Origin: Minisyncoccia bacterium
GTDB lineage: Bacteria > Patescibacteriota > Minisyncoccia > Phycocordibacterales > Phycocordibacteraceae
Assembly (NCBI GenBank): GCA_038212075.1
Contig: JBBQUV010000002.1
Span: forward strand, 73,343-133,222
DNA length: 59,880 nt
Direction: 5' to 3'
This document shows, one piece after another, positions 16,665 to 25,534 of the stretch. The notes beneath the pieces were generated by a model, which was given only the letters and a program-made list of their open reading frames with translations, ran no database searches and was not told the DNA's origin. Within the stretch, counting starts at the first letter, position 1. Each line of letters starts with the position of its first letter. The translations under genes and the position numbers were made by a program.

Positions 16665-17036
16665 ATGGCAACCGCTGAAAAAACGAAGAAGACTCCAAAG
16701 AAGGCAGCTCCAGCAGGAGCCGCAGGTGCGGAGCCAAAGCTTCGCATTCGCGTACGTGCCTACGAGCACAAGATTCTTGATATGTCAGTGAAGCAGATTA
16801 TGGACACTGCCGCGCGTTTCGACGCAAAGGTTGTGGGCCCTGTTCCGCTTCCAACTGAAATCAAGCGTTGGACCGTGAACCGCTCAACCTTCGTCCACAA
16901 AGACGCACGAGAGCAGTTTGAAATGCGTATTCATAAGCGCGTTATCGACATTCTTTCGCCAAACGCGAAAGTGGTTGAAGCGCTTACGAATCTCAACCTT
17001 CCGTCCGGTGTCACCATCGACGTGAAGATGGTCTAA
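16665..17036 (+). CDS. rpsJ: 30S ribosomal protein S10 with about 25-aa basic/Ala-rich N-terminal extension
   Basis: 123 aa. LRIRVRAYEHKILD...GPVPLPTEIKRWTVNRSTFVHKDAREQFEMRIHKRVIDI is the S10 core. Confidence 0.95.
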   Translation: MATAEKTKKTPKKAAPAGAAGAEPKLRIRVRAYEHKILDMSVKQIMDTAARFDAKVVGPVPLPTEIKRWTVNRSTFVHKDAREQFEMRIHKRVIDILSPNAKVVEALTNLNLPSGVTIDVKMV

Positions 17037-17113
17037 ACAAAAAAGAGTTCACAAAACCGCCCGAAAGGGCGGTTTTGTGTTTTCCACGTCTGTATATTTA
17101 GATTCAAAATAAG

Positions 17114-18256
17114 ATGGTAGTATGTGCGCATACCAATTTACCGTCTCGCATGAATCCATTTCAGGCACAATTTCCGCTTAGTCCTCGCAAGTTCTGGAAA
17201 AAGTTTCTCCCAACCATTATTCCATCGGTGCTTTTAAGCGCGATTCTTGTATTTCTCTTTCTTGCAGTGCTCGCCGCACTCAATAAGCTAGACACCGTTT
17301 CTTCAGCACTTTCACTCGGTATCGGTTTGCTGTTGGTATTTACCATCGCAATTCTTGGAATGTATGCGTGGTATTTCAAGGCGTACATCCGTACGTATTT
17401 CTATGAAGGTGGCGATAATTTCATGACAATTCGCAAAGGCGTGTTTGCGCCTCGTGAAATTCATATTCAGTATCAAAAAATCCAAGACGTGTACGTAGAC
17501 CAAGATCTTTTGGATCGCGTCATGGGCTTGTATGACGTACACATTGCAAGCGCGACGGTTGCTTCAGGAATGGAAGCACACATTGACGGTGTGGAAGCAG
17601 TAGAGGCAGAAGGACTCAAACAGTTTTTCCTTGCGAAAATTCAAGGAAGCTCTATGCAACCACCATCCGCTATGCCGAACATGCAGGGCGGTGCACCAGC
17701 GCCTACAGCTCCTGTCGCCGCATTTAACGGAAATATCTCGAGCGATACGTATCCACTCCAGCCAGCGTGGATGACCAAAAGTATCGTTAGCGTTCTTTTC
17801 TCCAGTGTTCTGTTCGGTTTCTTTGCCTCACTCTATATTTGGGCAAAAACAGCGGATGGTCAGTTATTCTCCGTATCATTTCTCCCAACCTTCCTCGCCG
17901 TGACTGTTGTGTGGTTTATTTTCCACATAATTGGTGTGCTCCTCTGGAAGAAAAATTACCGTTTCGCATTTATGCCGGAATACATTCAATACCATACGGG
18001 TATTTTGAGTGAATCAGAACGACACCTTCCGTACAAGAGCATTCAAGACGTGAATATGACACGGCCTTTGATTGACCGTATGTTTGGGTTGGCAAATGTC
18101 ACCATTGAAAACGCGGCACAAATGGCAATGGTGGGCAATCGAGCCATGCCAAACAATATTATGATTGTGGGACTCACTCCGACCCAAGCAAATGAAATAA
18201 CCGAAGCGTTAAAAGCGGTTATTCTCACAAAAAATTCCTCCCAAATGGGACTCTAG
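17114..18256 (+). CDS. membrane protein with two bacterial PH (bPH_2, YdbS/YdbT-like) domains
   Basis: 380 aa. The pattern TM pair followed by RKGVFAPREIHIQYQKIQDVYVDQDLLDRVMGLYDVHIASA occurs, and a second copy reads LPYKSIQDVNMTRPLIDRMFGLANVTIEN. Start is uncertain (17114 or 17150). Confidence 0.65.
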   Translation: MVVCAHTNLPSRMNPFQAQFPLSPRKFWKKFLPTIIPSVLLSAILVFLFLAVLAALNKLDTVSSALSLGIGLLLVFTIAILGMYAWYFKAYIRTYFYEGGDNFMTIRKGVFAPREIHIQYQKIQDVYVDQDLLDRVMGLYDVHIASATVASGMEAHIDGVEAVEAEGLKQFFLAKIQGSSMQPPSAMPNMQGGAPAPTAPVAAFNGNISSDTYPLQPAWMTKSIVSVLFSSVLFGFFASLYIWAKTADGQLFSVSFLPTFLAVTVVWFIFHIIGVLLWKKNYRFAFMPEYIQYHTGILSESERHLPYKSIQDVNMTRPLIDRMFGLANVTIENAAQMAMVGNRAMPNNIMIVGLTPTQANEITEALKAVILTKNSSQMGL

Positions 18257-18259
18257 TCT

Positions 18260-18388
18260 ATGGAACTCTGGAATCAATTGATTGAGTATATGGTTAATTC
18301 TGATAATGGGGTGATGTGGCTCTCGGTCGTTGTGCTTGTAGTGTGCGGCTTGTCGCTTTTGTTCGCGTTCAGTCGTCGCGCCGATTAA
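18260..18388 (+). CDS. small membrane peptide (42 aa), in frame with the preceding gene across its TAG stop
   Basis: MELWNQLIEYMVNSDNGVMWLSVVVLVVCGLSLLFAFSRRAD. The ATG is 4 nt after the TAG of 17114..18256, in the same frame. Confidence 0.35.
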   Translation: MELWNQLIEYMVNSDNGVMWLSVVVLVVCGLSLLFAFSRRAD

Positions 18389-18491
18389 TTTTTTATCTCA
18401 GAAAAAGCAAAACCGCCCGAAAGGGCGGTTTTGCTTTTATTTGTTTTTGTGGTATTTTACGGACAGGAGCACACAAAGGAGGGCTCCAGAA

Positions 18492-19022
18492 ATGATCCAA
18501 CCGCAGTTCGGCGACTATCAAGAAGCAGTCGCACAAGTAAACATTACCGTTGCGAACCGTATCTTCCAGCAGATGCTCAAGCATCCCTTGCTCGAGAAAA
18601 TCTGTCGGGAAGAAGGGCGCATGGGTGGCTACTTTTGCGACGGCCCGAACGACAACGAAGACCCAGCAAACCGGCTTGTCGCCCAAGTCGGCGACCCGAA
18701 TCAAGAAAAGGCGCAGAAGTATTTTGACTACTGCGTTGAGAAGGAGTGTCGTCTGGGCCAACATCCAGAAGATCTTCTGAGTCGGGACAGTCGTGTTCCG
18801 GAAGAAGGGAAATGGGGCGGGGCTGTCCGCGGGAATAAGCGCCGTGGCTCTCTTTCCTGCCTTCCTGAGCAGGCCGACGAGATCTTCGGGTATGCCTACC
18901 TTGTCGCCATTGGCGATCTTGAGGTTCCCGAAGTTCTCGACCGGCTCGAACGATCGCCGAATGACTTTGAAACGGTCTTCTACGACCTCGAACTGAAAGA
19001 TCTGTTCAAAGCTCCATGCTGA
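18492..19022 (+). CDS. hypothetical protein (176 aa), GC-rich orphan
   Basis: AAGGAGGG SD upstream of the ATG at 18492 and a plus-strand terminator at 19047..19075. The antisense shadow ORF 18393..19103 has no such signals. Confidence 0.5.
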   Translation: MIQPQFGDYQEAVAQVNITVANRIFQQMLKHPLLEKICREEGRMGGYFCDGPNDNEDPANRLVAQVGDPNQEKAQKYFDYCVEKECRLGQHPEDLLSRDSRVPEEGKWGGAVRGNKRRGSLSCLPEQADEIFGYAYLVAIGDLEVPEVLDRLERSPNDFETVFYDLELKDLFKAPC

Positions 19023-19046
19023 AGGTGGCGACTTTCCGCCGGTTTT

Positions 19047-19075
19047 GCCAGGTGTACCTAACACCTGGCATTTTT
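19047..19075 (+). terminator. intrinsic terminator
   Basis: gccaggtgt-acctaa-cacctggc followed by attttt. Confidence 0.6.
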
Positions 19076-19085
19076 GTACCCTTTC

Positions 19086-19114
19086 TTGCATCTTTTTATC
19101 CATGACTGTATAGT
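19086..19114 (+). promoter_or_regulatory. candidate promoter restarting the S10-operon genes at rplC
   Basis: TTGCAT (19086..19091), 17 nt, TATAGT (19109..19114). About 90-nt leader ending in hairpin gcgcc-ctagt-ggcgc (19182..19196) plus a T-run just before the ATG. Confidence 0.5.
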
Positions 19115-19207
19115 CCCTAGGTCGCTATGTACGTCCTGAAAGGGATGGACCAATGGCCGGAAGGGTTTTTTTAACCCCTACGCGCCCTAGTGGCGCTACT
19201 TTTTTAT

Positions 19208-19828
19208 ATGAAATTCATTCTTGCTCGCAAAGAGCGCATGACGCAAATCTTCACGGACGATGGCCGTGCAGTGGCTGGTACTGTACTTTCGGCTACCCCG
19301 CTCACGGTTACCCAAGTGAAGACCAAGGAAGGGAAGGACGGCTATTCTGCCCTTCAGGTTGGCTTTGGCGATCGTAAGCTTTCTCGCCTTTCAAAGGCGG
19401 AGCAAGGACACTTCAAAGGCAAAGGATTTAAGCACGTTCAGGAATTTCGTACGGAGGATACTGCTGGGGTAGAGGTGGGAAACGCTATCAGCGTAGACAC
19501 ATTTGCCGCAGGGGACGTTGTTCAGGTTTCGGGCATCACCAAGGGTAAGGGTTTCCAAGGTGGCGTGAAGCGCCACGGCTTTAAGGGCGGAAGCCGTACG
19601 CACGGTCAGAAGCACTCTGAACGTGAAGTTGGTTCTATCGGTGGTTCGGGTGGCCGCGCCGGAGGCCGTGTCGCAAAGGGTATTCGCATGGGTGGCCGCA
19701 TGGGTGGCGACCGTGTAACCGTAACGAACCTTAAGGTTCTTGCGGTGGATGCCGTAACAAACGAGATTATCCTCTCAGGCGCTGTTCCCGGAGCACGCGG
19801 AACCGTGGTTGAAATCATCTCCAAGTAA
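19208..19828 (+). CDS. rplC: 50S ribosomal protein L3
   Basis: MKFILARKERMTQIFTDDGRAV...KGKGFQGGVKRHGF is the L3 signature. Start chosen at the internal ATG 19208. Confidence 0.95.
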   Translation: MKFILARKERMTQIFTDDGRAVAGTVLSATPLTVTQVKTKEGKDGYSALQVGFGDRKLSRLSKAEQGHFKGKGFKHVQEFRTEDTAGVEVGNAISVDTFAAGDVVQVSGITKGKGFQGGVKRHGFKGGSRTHGQKHSEREVGSIGGSGGRAGGRVAKGIRMGGRMGGDRVTVTNLKVLAVDAVTNEIILSGAVPGARGTVVEIISK

Positions 19829-19838
19829 TCATTTTCGT

Positions 19839-20648
19839 ATGGCACCAACCGCAAAAAACAAAGAAAAGAAGGTCATGAAGCGTCGTTCAACGTCGCGTGC
19901 TACTCGTGGAGGCACTTCACGCGCAGTTAAGGCTCGTGTTGCAACACCAAAAGCAGTGAAAGCGAAGACGATGCCTATTTCAGGCGACATGACTATTTTT
20001 GCCATGGACGGAAAGAAGGCGGGAACCATTACGCTTCCGGAAAACATTTTCGGTGTGAAGTGGAATGCCGATCTCGTTCACCAAGTGGTTGTGGGCATGC
20101 AGGCAAATGCTCGTTCGATTACTGCACATACCAAAAACCGCGGTGAAGTACGTGGAGGTGGTAAAAAGCCATGGAAGCAGAAGGGTACTGGCCGCGCTCG
20201 TCACGGCTCTACTCGCTCACCAATTTGGAAGGGTGGCGGTGTTACTCACGGTCCACGCGCAGAACGCGTGTTTGCAGTGAAGATCAACAAGAAAATGCGC
20301 CGCGCGGCACTTCTATCAGTACTTTCTCGTAAAGCAAAAGACGGCGAACTCATTTTTGTTGAAAAACTTTCTTTTGACGCACCAAAAACAAAAGAAGCAA
20401 AAGCAATGATCGGTGCTCTTGCAAAGGCGGCAGGTGCAAATGCTATGGTCACAAAATCAAAGAATGCGGCACTCATCGCTTTTTCTGAAGTAAACGAGAA
20501 TGCAAAGAAAAGTCTTCGCAATATCGGGAACATCAAAATGGAAGAAGTACGTAACTTGAACCCTGTTGATTTGATGACGAGCCGCTATCTCGTGATTGAG
20601 AATCCAGTGAAAGCAATTGAATTGCTTTCCGCCCGACTCGCTAAATAA
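19839..20648 (+). CDS. rplD: 50S ribosomal protein L4 with about 60-aa basic N-terminal extension
   Basis: GGGKKPWKQKGTGRARHGSTRSPIWKGGGVTHGP is the L4 signature. Start at 19839 lies in a ttttcgtATG context. Confidence 0.92.
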   Translation: MAPTAKNKEKKVMKRRSTSRATRGGTSRAVKARVATPKAVKAKTMPISGDMTIFAMDGKKAGTITLPENIFGVKWNADLVHQVVVGMQANARSITAHTKNRGEVRGGGKKPWKQKGTGRARHGSTRSPIWKGGGVTHGPRAERVFAVKINKKMRRAALLSVLSRKAKDGELIFVEKLSFDAPKTKEAKAMIGALAKAAGANAMVTKSKNAALIAFSEVNENAKKSLRNIGNIKMEEVRNLNPVDLMTSRYLVIENPVKAIELLSARLAK

Positions 20649-20653
20649 ATTAT

Positions 20654-21001
20654 ATGGCTATCTTCGGAACAAAAAAATCAACGCCACCCGCCGCAGTACG
20701 CGAGGTGAAAGATGCGGCAGGAAAACTGTCAGACGTCCTTCTTGCTCCGTGGCTTTCGGAGAAAGCACTTATTGGCACCGAGAAAGGCGTATACGCTTTT
20801 CATGTACCCATGACAGCAAACAAGCACGATGTTGCGCTTGCTATCAAAAAAACCTACGGCGTAACCGCACGCAAGGTAACGATGGTAAATCTTCCAGGAA
20901 AGAAGGTTGCCATGCGTACGCGTCGTGGCACGGGTACTCGCGCTGATCGTCGCAAGGCATACGTGCACCTTAAAAAAGGTGACACCATTCAGTTCGCATA
21001 A
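20654..21001 (+). CDS. rplW: 50S ribosomal protein L23
   Basis: 115 aa. YAFHVPMTANKHDVALAIKKTYGVTARKVTMVN; position between rplD and rplB. Confidence 0.93.
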   Translation: MAIFGTKKSTPPAAVREVKDAAGKLSDVLLAPWLSEKALIGTEKGVYAFHVPMTANKHDVALAIKKTYGVTARKVTMVNLPGKKVAMRTRRGTGTRADRRKAYVHLKKGDTIQFA

Positions 21002-21009
21002 ATAATTTT

Positions 21010-21858
21010 ATGAAAACATACAAGCCAACATCAAAAAGTCGTCGTCACATGACCACGCTTCCCTACAGGGAGCTTCTTTCGGGTGACCGACCAATGAAGC
21101 AGTTGATGAAGGGAAAAAAGAATCAGGCTGGACGTAACGGTTTTGGACGCATTACGGTGCGTCACCAGGGCGGCGGGCACAAACAGAAGCTTCGTGATAT
21201 CGACTTTGCATACGACAAGAAAAATATTCCTGCACGTATCGAAACGATTGAATACGACCCATTCCGTTCCGCATTTATCGCACGCACGCTTTACGCCGAC
21301 GGTGCTCGCCGTTACGTTATTGCGCCAAAGGGAATGAAGGTTGGCGACACGTTTATGGTTTCTGAAGACGCACCGATTAAATTCGGCAATCGTATGCCGC
21401 TTGGCAAAATTCCTGTTGGTACGTTTGTGTACGGCATTGAACTAAAGGCTGGTGCTGGTGCCATTCTTGTTCGTTCCGCTGGAAACTACGCAGAGGTTGT
21501 TGCACATGACGCTGGCTACGCACAGGTGAAACTTCCTTCAACAGAAATTCGTCGCGTGTCCGACCTCTGCTGGGCATCTATTGGTGCCGTTGGTAATGAA
21601 GAATACAACCTGGTGAATCTTGGAAAGGCAGGACGCAGTCGTTGGCTCGGTATTCGCCCAACAGTGCGTGGTACGGCCATGAACCCGGTTGACCACCCAC
21701 ACGGAGGCGGTGAAGGCCGTCAGGGCCGCGGTTTGCGCCGTGCTAAGAGCATGTGGGGCAAACCAACAGGCAAGGGTCAGAAGACGCGCACGCCAAAGAA
21801 ATACTCCAACGTCTTCATTGTTTCTCGCCGCAAAGTGGGCAAGAAGCGAAAGGGATAA
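21010..21858 (+). CDS. rplB: 50S ribosomal protein L2
   Basis: 282 aa. GRNGFGRITVRHQGGGHKQ...VRGTAMNPVDHPHGGGEG is the L2 signature. Confidence 0.97.
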   Translation: MKTYKPTSKSRRHMTTLPYRELLSGDRPMKQLMKGKKNQAGRNGFGRITVRHQGGGHKQKLRDIDFAYDKKNIPARIETIEYDPFRSAFIARTLYADGARRYVIAPKGMKVGDTFMVSEDAPIKFGNRMPLGKIPVGTFVYGIELKAGAGAILVRSAGNYAEVVAHDAGYAQVKLPSTEIRRVSDLCWASIGAVGNEEYNLVNLGKAGRSRWLGIRPTVRGTAMNPVDHPHGGGEGRQGRGLRRAKSMWGKPTGKGQKTRTPKKYSNVFIVSRRKVGKKRKG

Positions 21859-21867
21859 TTTTACAAA

Positions 21868-21897
21868 GCAAAAACCCGCCACGTGGCGGGTTTTTGC
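21868..21897. terminator. bidirectional terminator between rplB and the convergent HIT gene
   Basis: gcaaaaacccgcc-acgt-ggcgggtttttgc. Confidence 0.65.
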
Positions 21898-22329
21898 TTA
21901 TATATTTTTGCGAATTTCTTCCGCAGTAGTTTTAAGTTCTTCGTCAGGCGATACGGCACGGGAACCTGGGCGGTACAAAAATTTTCTTGGTTCATACTCG
22001 TGAACACCTTCATCACCTTCTTTGCGGGGAATCATATGCAAATGAAAATGGGGAACTGACTGGCCATCAATAGGTTCTTCGTTCCATGCGTAGTTAAATC
22101 CTTCCGCACTGAATGTTTTTTGGAGTGCTGATTTTACGTGCATACGGAGTGTTTCTATAGATTCTTTTTCATCACTTGTTACTTCCTCGTAGTACTTCAC
22201 GTGCCGTCGCGGAATGATAAGCGTGTGCCCAGACACAATAGGAATGTTAGTGAGAAATGCGATTGCGCGTTCGTTTTCGCCAACGATTCTTATTTTTATA
22301 TTTTGATCTTCGCAAAAAACACACAGCAT
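21898..22329 (-). CDS. HIT-family (histidine triad) hydrolase
   Basis: 143 aa. SGHTLIIPRRHV and the HFHLHMIP triad. Confidence 0.85.
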   Translation of the reverse strand: MLCVFCEDQNIKIRIVGENERAIAFLTNIPIVSGHTLIIPRRHVKYYEEVTSDEKESIETLRMHVKSALQKTFSAEGFNYAWNEEPIDGQSVPHFHLHMIPRKEGDEGVHEYEPRKFLYRPGSRAVSPDEELKTTAEEIRKNI

Positions 22330-22331
22330 AC

Positions 22332-23144
22332 TTACGATGTGTAGTCGGGTTTCAATCCAGGTATATCAGTGGTCGGAATAGGAAGTTCAAGCGAGCCGAG
22401 CACGTAGGGGCCAACGGCGTAGGGAGAGAAAAGAAGGACGAAATTACTTCCATCGAAGTAGAAATTCTGAAAGTTTTCATCCTTAGGTGTTGTGCCGTCA
22501 GTAAGCATTTGTGGATCGACTTGCGACACGTCCACCTGTTCACGTTCGGCAATCATAGGAAGAAGTTTTGCTCGGCTGTAGGTACTTAAGAAGTCGAGAT
22601 AGGTTGTTCCAGATGCGAACAAATCTGGAAGCAAGAGTTTGGTGCCGGTTTTTGTATCGAATACAAACGTCGTGTAGAAACCGTTTGGATGCGCACCACC
22701 CGTGTATTCTTCAATTTGAAATACGTACGAAACGGTGCGATGGGACTGATACATTTTGTATGTAATGTTCAAATACAAATTTTGGAATGACGCAGGAATC
22801 TCTTCGCCCTTCGCTTTTAACTCTTGAATCAACTGATTATTGCCATCCACGCTATTTTTAAAATCAGAAATTACGCTCCCTGCAAGGTATGTTTTCATAG
22901 CGCCAACAGCTTTTGCATCAGCATCAGCACCCACAAGTGGCGTAACGCTGGGGTAATCGGCGTCAATGGTGTAGTACTCACCTTTATCAGCTACGTGTGT
23001 AGGAGTGTCGGTTTGACGAGCGGTGGAGACCGATGTTGGTGGGTGCGCGATGACGTACCAAAAGGCAAGAGCGACAATAATGGTAAGGGTGACAAAACCA
23101 ATGATTGCATCGCGGGATAGGGTCATATGCAAAGAGTCTAGCAC
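22332..23144 (-). CDS. membrane-anchored DUF3298/DUF4163 (RsiV/PdaC-like) protein
   Basis: 270 aa. N-terminal TM helix, YYTIDADYPSV, YTGGAHPNGFYTTFVFDTKTGTKLLLPDLF, LLFSPYAVGPY. Confidence 0.65.
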   Translation of the reverse strand: MLDSLHMTLSRDAIIGFVTLTIIVALAFWYVIAHPPTSVSTARQTDTPTHVADKGEYYTIDADYPSVTPLVGADADAKAVGAMKTYLAGSVISDFKNSVDGNNQLIQELKAKGEEIPASFQNLYLNITYKMYQSHRTVSYVFQIEEYTGGAHPNGFYTTFVFDTKTGTKLLLPDLFASGTTYLDFLSTYSRAKLLPMIAEREQVDVSQVDPQMLTDGTTPKDENFQNFYFDGSNFVLLFSPYAVGPYVLGSLELPIPTTDIPGLKPDYTS

Positions 23145-23169
23145 CCCACCCCAAGCAAGGTCGCATCAT

Positions 23170-23198
23170 TTGACGCTTTTAGCCGTTTCCTGTACATT
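23170..23198 (+). promoter_or_regulatory. candidate promoter restarting the operon at rpsS
   Basis: TTGACG (23170..23175), 17 nt, TACATT (23193..23198) preceded by TG. Confidence 0.4.
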
Positions 23199-23233
23199 TC
23201 TCTTATCTCGCCTCGTGCGGGCTTTTAATTACC

Positions 23234-23572
23234 ATGTCCCGATCACTCAAGAAAGGTCCTTACGTGGACTTCAAGCTTTTGAAGAAAATCGCCGGCAAAA
23301 AGCCGTCGGCTTCTTCGGTAATCAAGACATGGGCACGCGGCAGTCAGATTGCTCCTGAAATGGTGGGTTTCACCTTTGGCGTCCACAATGGCAAAACCCA
23401 TGTGGATGTCCTCGTTTCTGAGGAAATGGTAGGGCATCGCCTTGGGGAGTTCTCTCCAACCAAGAAGTTCACCCGTCACGGCGGTAAGATGCAGAAAGAG
23501 CTTGAAACCAAGCAGGCGGAGTCTGAAATTGCCGCCGCAAAGGCCGCAAAAGAGCCCGCAACCAAGAAATAA
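23234..23572 (+). CDS. rpsS: 30S ribosomal protein S19 with about 20-aa C-terminal extension
   Basis: [12 protein letters not shown]...[30 protein letters not shown] is the S19 signature. Confidence 0.96.
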   Translation: MSRSLKKGPYVDFKLLKKIAGKKPSASSVIKTWARGSQIAPEMVGFTFGVHNGKTHVDVLVSEEMVGHRLGEFSPTKKFTRHGGKMQKELETKQAESEIAAAKAAKEPATKK

Positions 23573-23575
23573 GCC

Positions 23576-23893
23576 ATGAAAGCCGAGCTTCGTAACTACA
23601 ACCAGTCACCCCGCAAGGTTCGCCTTGTGACTAACCTTATGAAGGGTAAGAAGGTGGCCGTAGCCCTTGAACAGCTCGCCTTTCTTCCTAAGCGCGCCGC
23701 TGAGCCAGTAAAAAAGCTCATTCTTTCAGCTGTGGCTAATGCAAAAGCAAAGGGTGAAGACGTGGAGAAGCTCCGTGTGACGAACATCACTGTTGACTCG
23801 GACGGCATGATGGTTCGCTATATGCCCCGCGCTATGGGCCGTGCTACCCCTATCCGCCGCAAGAAAAGCCGTGTCGTGGTAACCCTTTCGTAA
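23576..23893 (+). CDS. rplV: 50S ribosomal protein L22
   Basis: 105 aa. SPRKVRLVTNLMKGKKV...MPRAMGRATPIRRKKSRV. Confidence 0.95.
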   Translation: MKAELRNYNQSPRKVRLVTNLMKGKKVAVALEQLAFLPKRAAEPVKKLILSAVANAKAKGEDVEKLRVTNITVDSDGMMVRYMPRAMGRATPIRRKKSRVVVTLS

Positions 23894-23897
23894 TTTT

Positions 23898-24629
23898 ATG
23901 ACACATACTGTACATCCCTACGCCCACCGCCTTGGCATCATCCGTGACTGGAGGAGTCGTTGGTTTGCTGGCGATAAGAAGAATTTTCGTGAAAACATCA
24001 AGGTAGATGCGGCTATTCGCTCGTTCCTTCTGAAGCGCCTTCGCGGCATGTACGTAAGTCAGACCGAGATTGAGCGCTCGGCTAACGAAATTCGTGTGGT
24101 TATCAATACTGCCCGCCCAGGCCTCGTTATTGGACGCTCCGGTGAAAACGCTACCAAGCTTCGTAAAGAAGTGACCGACGTCATTCGCAAGGCCGCTCCT
24201 GCCCATGGTCGCACGGTGAAGCTCGACATTATGGAAATCCGCCAGCCGGAGACTGATGCCGCAGTGGTTGCTTACATGGTGGCTGAAGGCCTTGAAAAGC
24301 GTCTTCCGTTCCGTCGCGTACTTAAACAGACTATTGAGAAGGTGATGGCCGTTCGCGAAGTACTCGGTGCCCGCGTTGTTATCTCCGGCCGCCTTGGTGG
24401 GGCAGATATGAGCCGCACAGAACAACTTAAGAAGGGACGTATCCCACTCCAGACCTTCCGTGCAAACATCGATTTTGCTCATGAACGCGCCTATCTTCCA
24501 TACGGCACCATCGGTATCAAGGTATGGATCTACCAAGGAGAGCAGTTTGAAAAGGATCAAGTTCGTTCTGCTCCCGTTGAGGCTCGTCAGCCTGGCTATT
24601 CAGGAGCTCCACGTACACCTCGTGGCTAA
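23898..24629 (+). CDS. rpsC: 30S ribosomal protein S3
   Basis: 243 aa. [19 protein letters not shown]...[31 protein letters not shown]. Confidence 0.97.
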   Translation: MTHTVHPYAHRLGIIRDWRSRWFAGDKKNFRENIKVDAAIRSFLLKRLRGMYVSQTEIERSANEIRVVINTARPGLVIGRSGENATKLRKEVTDVIRKAAPAHGRTVKLDIMEIRQPETDAAVVAYMVAEGLEKRLPFRRVLKQTIEKVMAVREVLGARVVISGRLGGADMSRTEQLKKGRIPLQTFRANIDFAHERAYLPYGTIGIKVWIYQGEQFEKDQVRSAPVEARQPGYSGAPRTPRG

Positions 24630-24637
24630 TTTTTCGT

Positions 24638-25057
24638 ATGTTGTTTCCTAAAAAAGTAAAACACCGCAAGTGGCAGACTGGACGAAAGTCTCCAGCACGT
24701 CGTAATCGTCCTGATACGCGCGGCATTACTATTGCTTTTGGTTCGTTTGCGCTGAAGGCGACTTCTGGTTCGCGTATGACAAGCAACCAGATTGAATCCG
24801 CTCGTAAAGTGCTTGCTCGCGCAACAGGGAAGGGAGGGAAGATGTGGATTCGTATTTTCCCCGACCGACCGGTTACTGCCAAGCCAGCTGAGGTGGGAAT
24901 GGGTTCCGGAAAAGGCGACCCAAAAGGTTTTGTGTTTGAAGTACAGCCCGGCCGCGTACTTTTTGAGCTTGATGGCGTTCCAGAAGTTTCTGCTCGTGCC
25001 GCACTTCGCCAAGCTGGTATGAAGCTTCCTATGAAGACCACGGTCATCGCCCGATAA
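24638..25057 (+). CDS. rplP: 50S ribosomal protein L16
   Basis: 139 aa. [16 protein letters not shown]...[22 protein letters not shown]. Confidence 0.97.
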   Translation: MLFPKKVKHRKWQTGRKSPARRNRPDTRGITIAFGSFALKATSGSRMTSNQIESARKVLARATGKGGKMWIRIFPDRPVTAKPAEVGMGSGKGDPKGFVFEVQPGRVLFELDGVPEVSARAALRQAGMKLPMKTTVIAR

Positions 25058-25061
25058 TCCT

Positions 25062-25253
25062 ATGAAAAAGAACTCATTTCTTGAAAAGACTCCGGCAGAA
25101 CTTACGAAGCTCATTGCTGAAAAGCGTGAAGCGCTTCGCGTTATGCGTTTTTCTGCTGCCGGTTCACGAGCAAAAGACCCATCCGCACAGGGAAAAATTA
25201 AACAGGACATTGCACGTATTATGACCGTGCTTGCCGCTACTAAGAATGCATAA
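25062..25253 (+). CDS. rpmC: 50S ribosomal protein L29
   Basis: 63 aa. Position and the EKTPAELTKLIAEKREALRVMRF pattern. Confidence 0.9.
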   Translation: MKKNSFLEKTPAELTKLIAEKREALRVMRFSAAGSRAKDPSAQGKIKQDIARIMTVLAATKNA

Positions 25254-25257
25254 TCGT

Positions 25258-25530
25258 ATGGAAACAAAAATCGCAAAACCACAGACATTCTCGGGTACGG
25301 TCGTAAAGACCGCGATGAAAGACACGGCAACCGTGGCAGTGGATCGCTATGTGAAGCATCCAAAATACAAAAAGTTTCAGACGCTCACAAAAAAATACCT
25401 TGTACATGACCCAGGAAACACCGCAAAGGTTGGCGACAAGGTTACTATCGTTGCGTGCCGTCCTATGAGTAAGCTCAAACGCTTCAAGCTTGCGGGAGTA
25501 ACGATGTCCGTCGCAGACGACGCCGAATAA
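25258..25530 (+). CDS. rpsQ: 30S ribosomal protein S17
   Basis: FSGTVVKTAMKDTATVAVDRYVKHPKYKKF...GDKVTIVACRPMSK. Start at the internal ATG 25258. Confidence 0.93.
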   Translation: METKIAKPQTFSGTVVKTAMKDTATVAVDRYVKHPKYKKFQTLTKKYLVHDPGNTAKVGDKVTIVACRPMSKLKRFKLAGVTMSVADDAE

Positions 25531-25534
25531 TTCT

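Noticed and set aside
18393-19103. Minus-strand 236-aa ORF between rpsJ and rplC
   Set aside because: It has no SD or terminator on that strand. The plus frame has AAGGAGGG and a plus-strand terminator. Both calls remain unverified without homology data.
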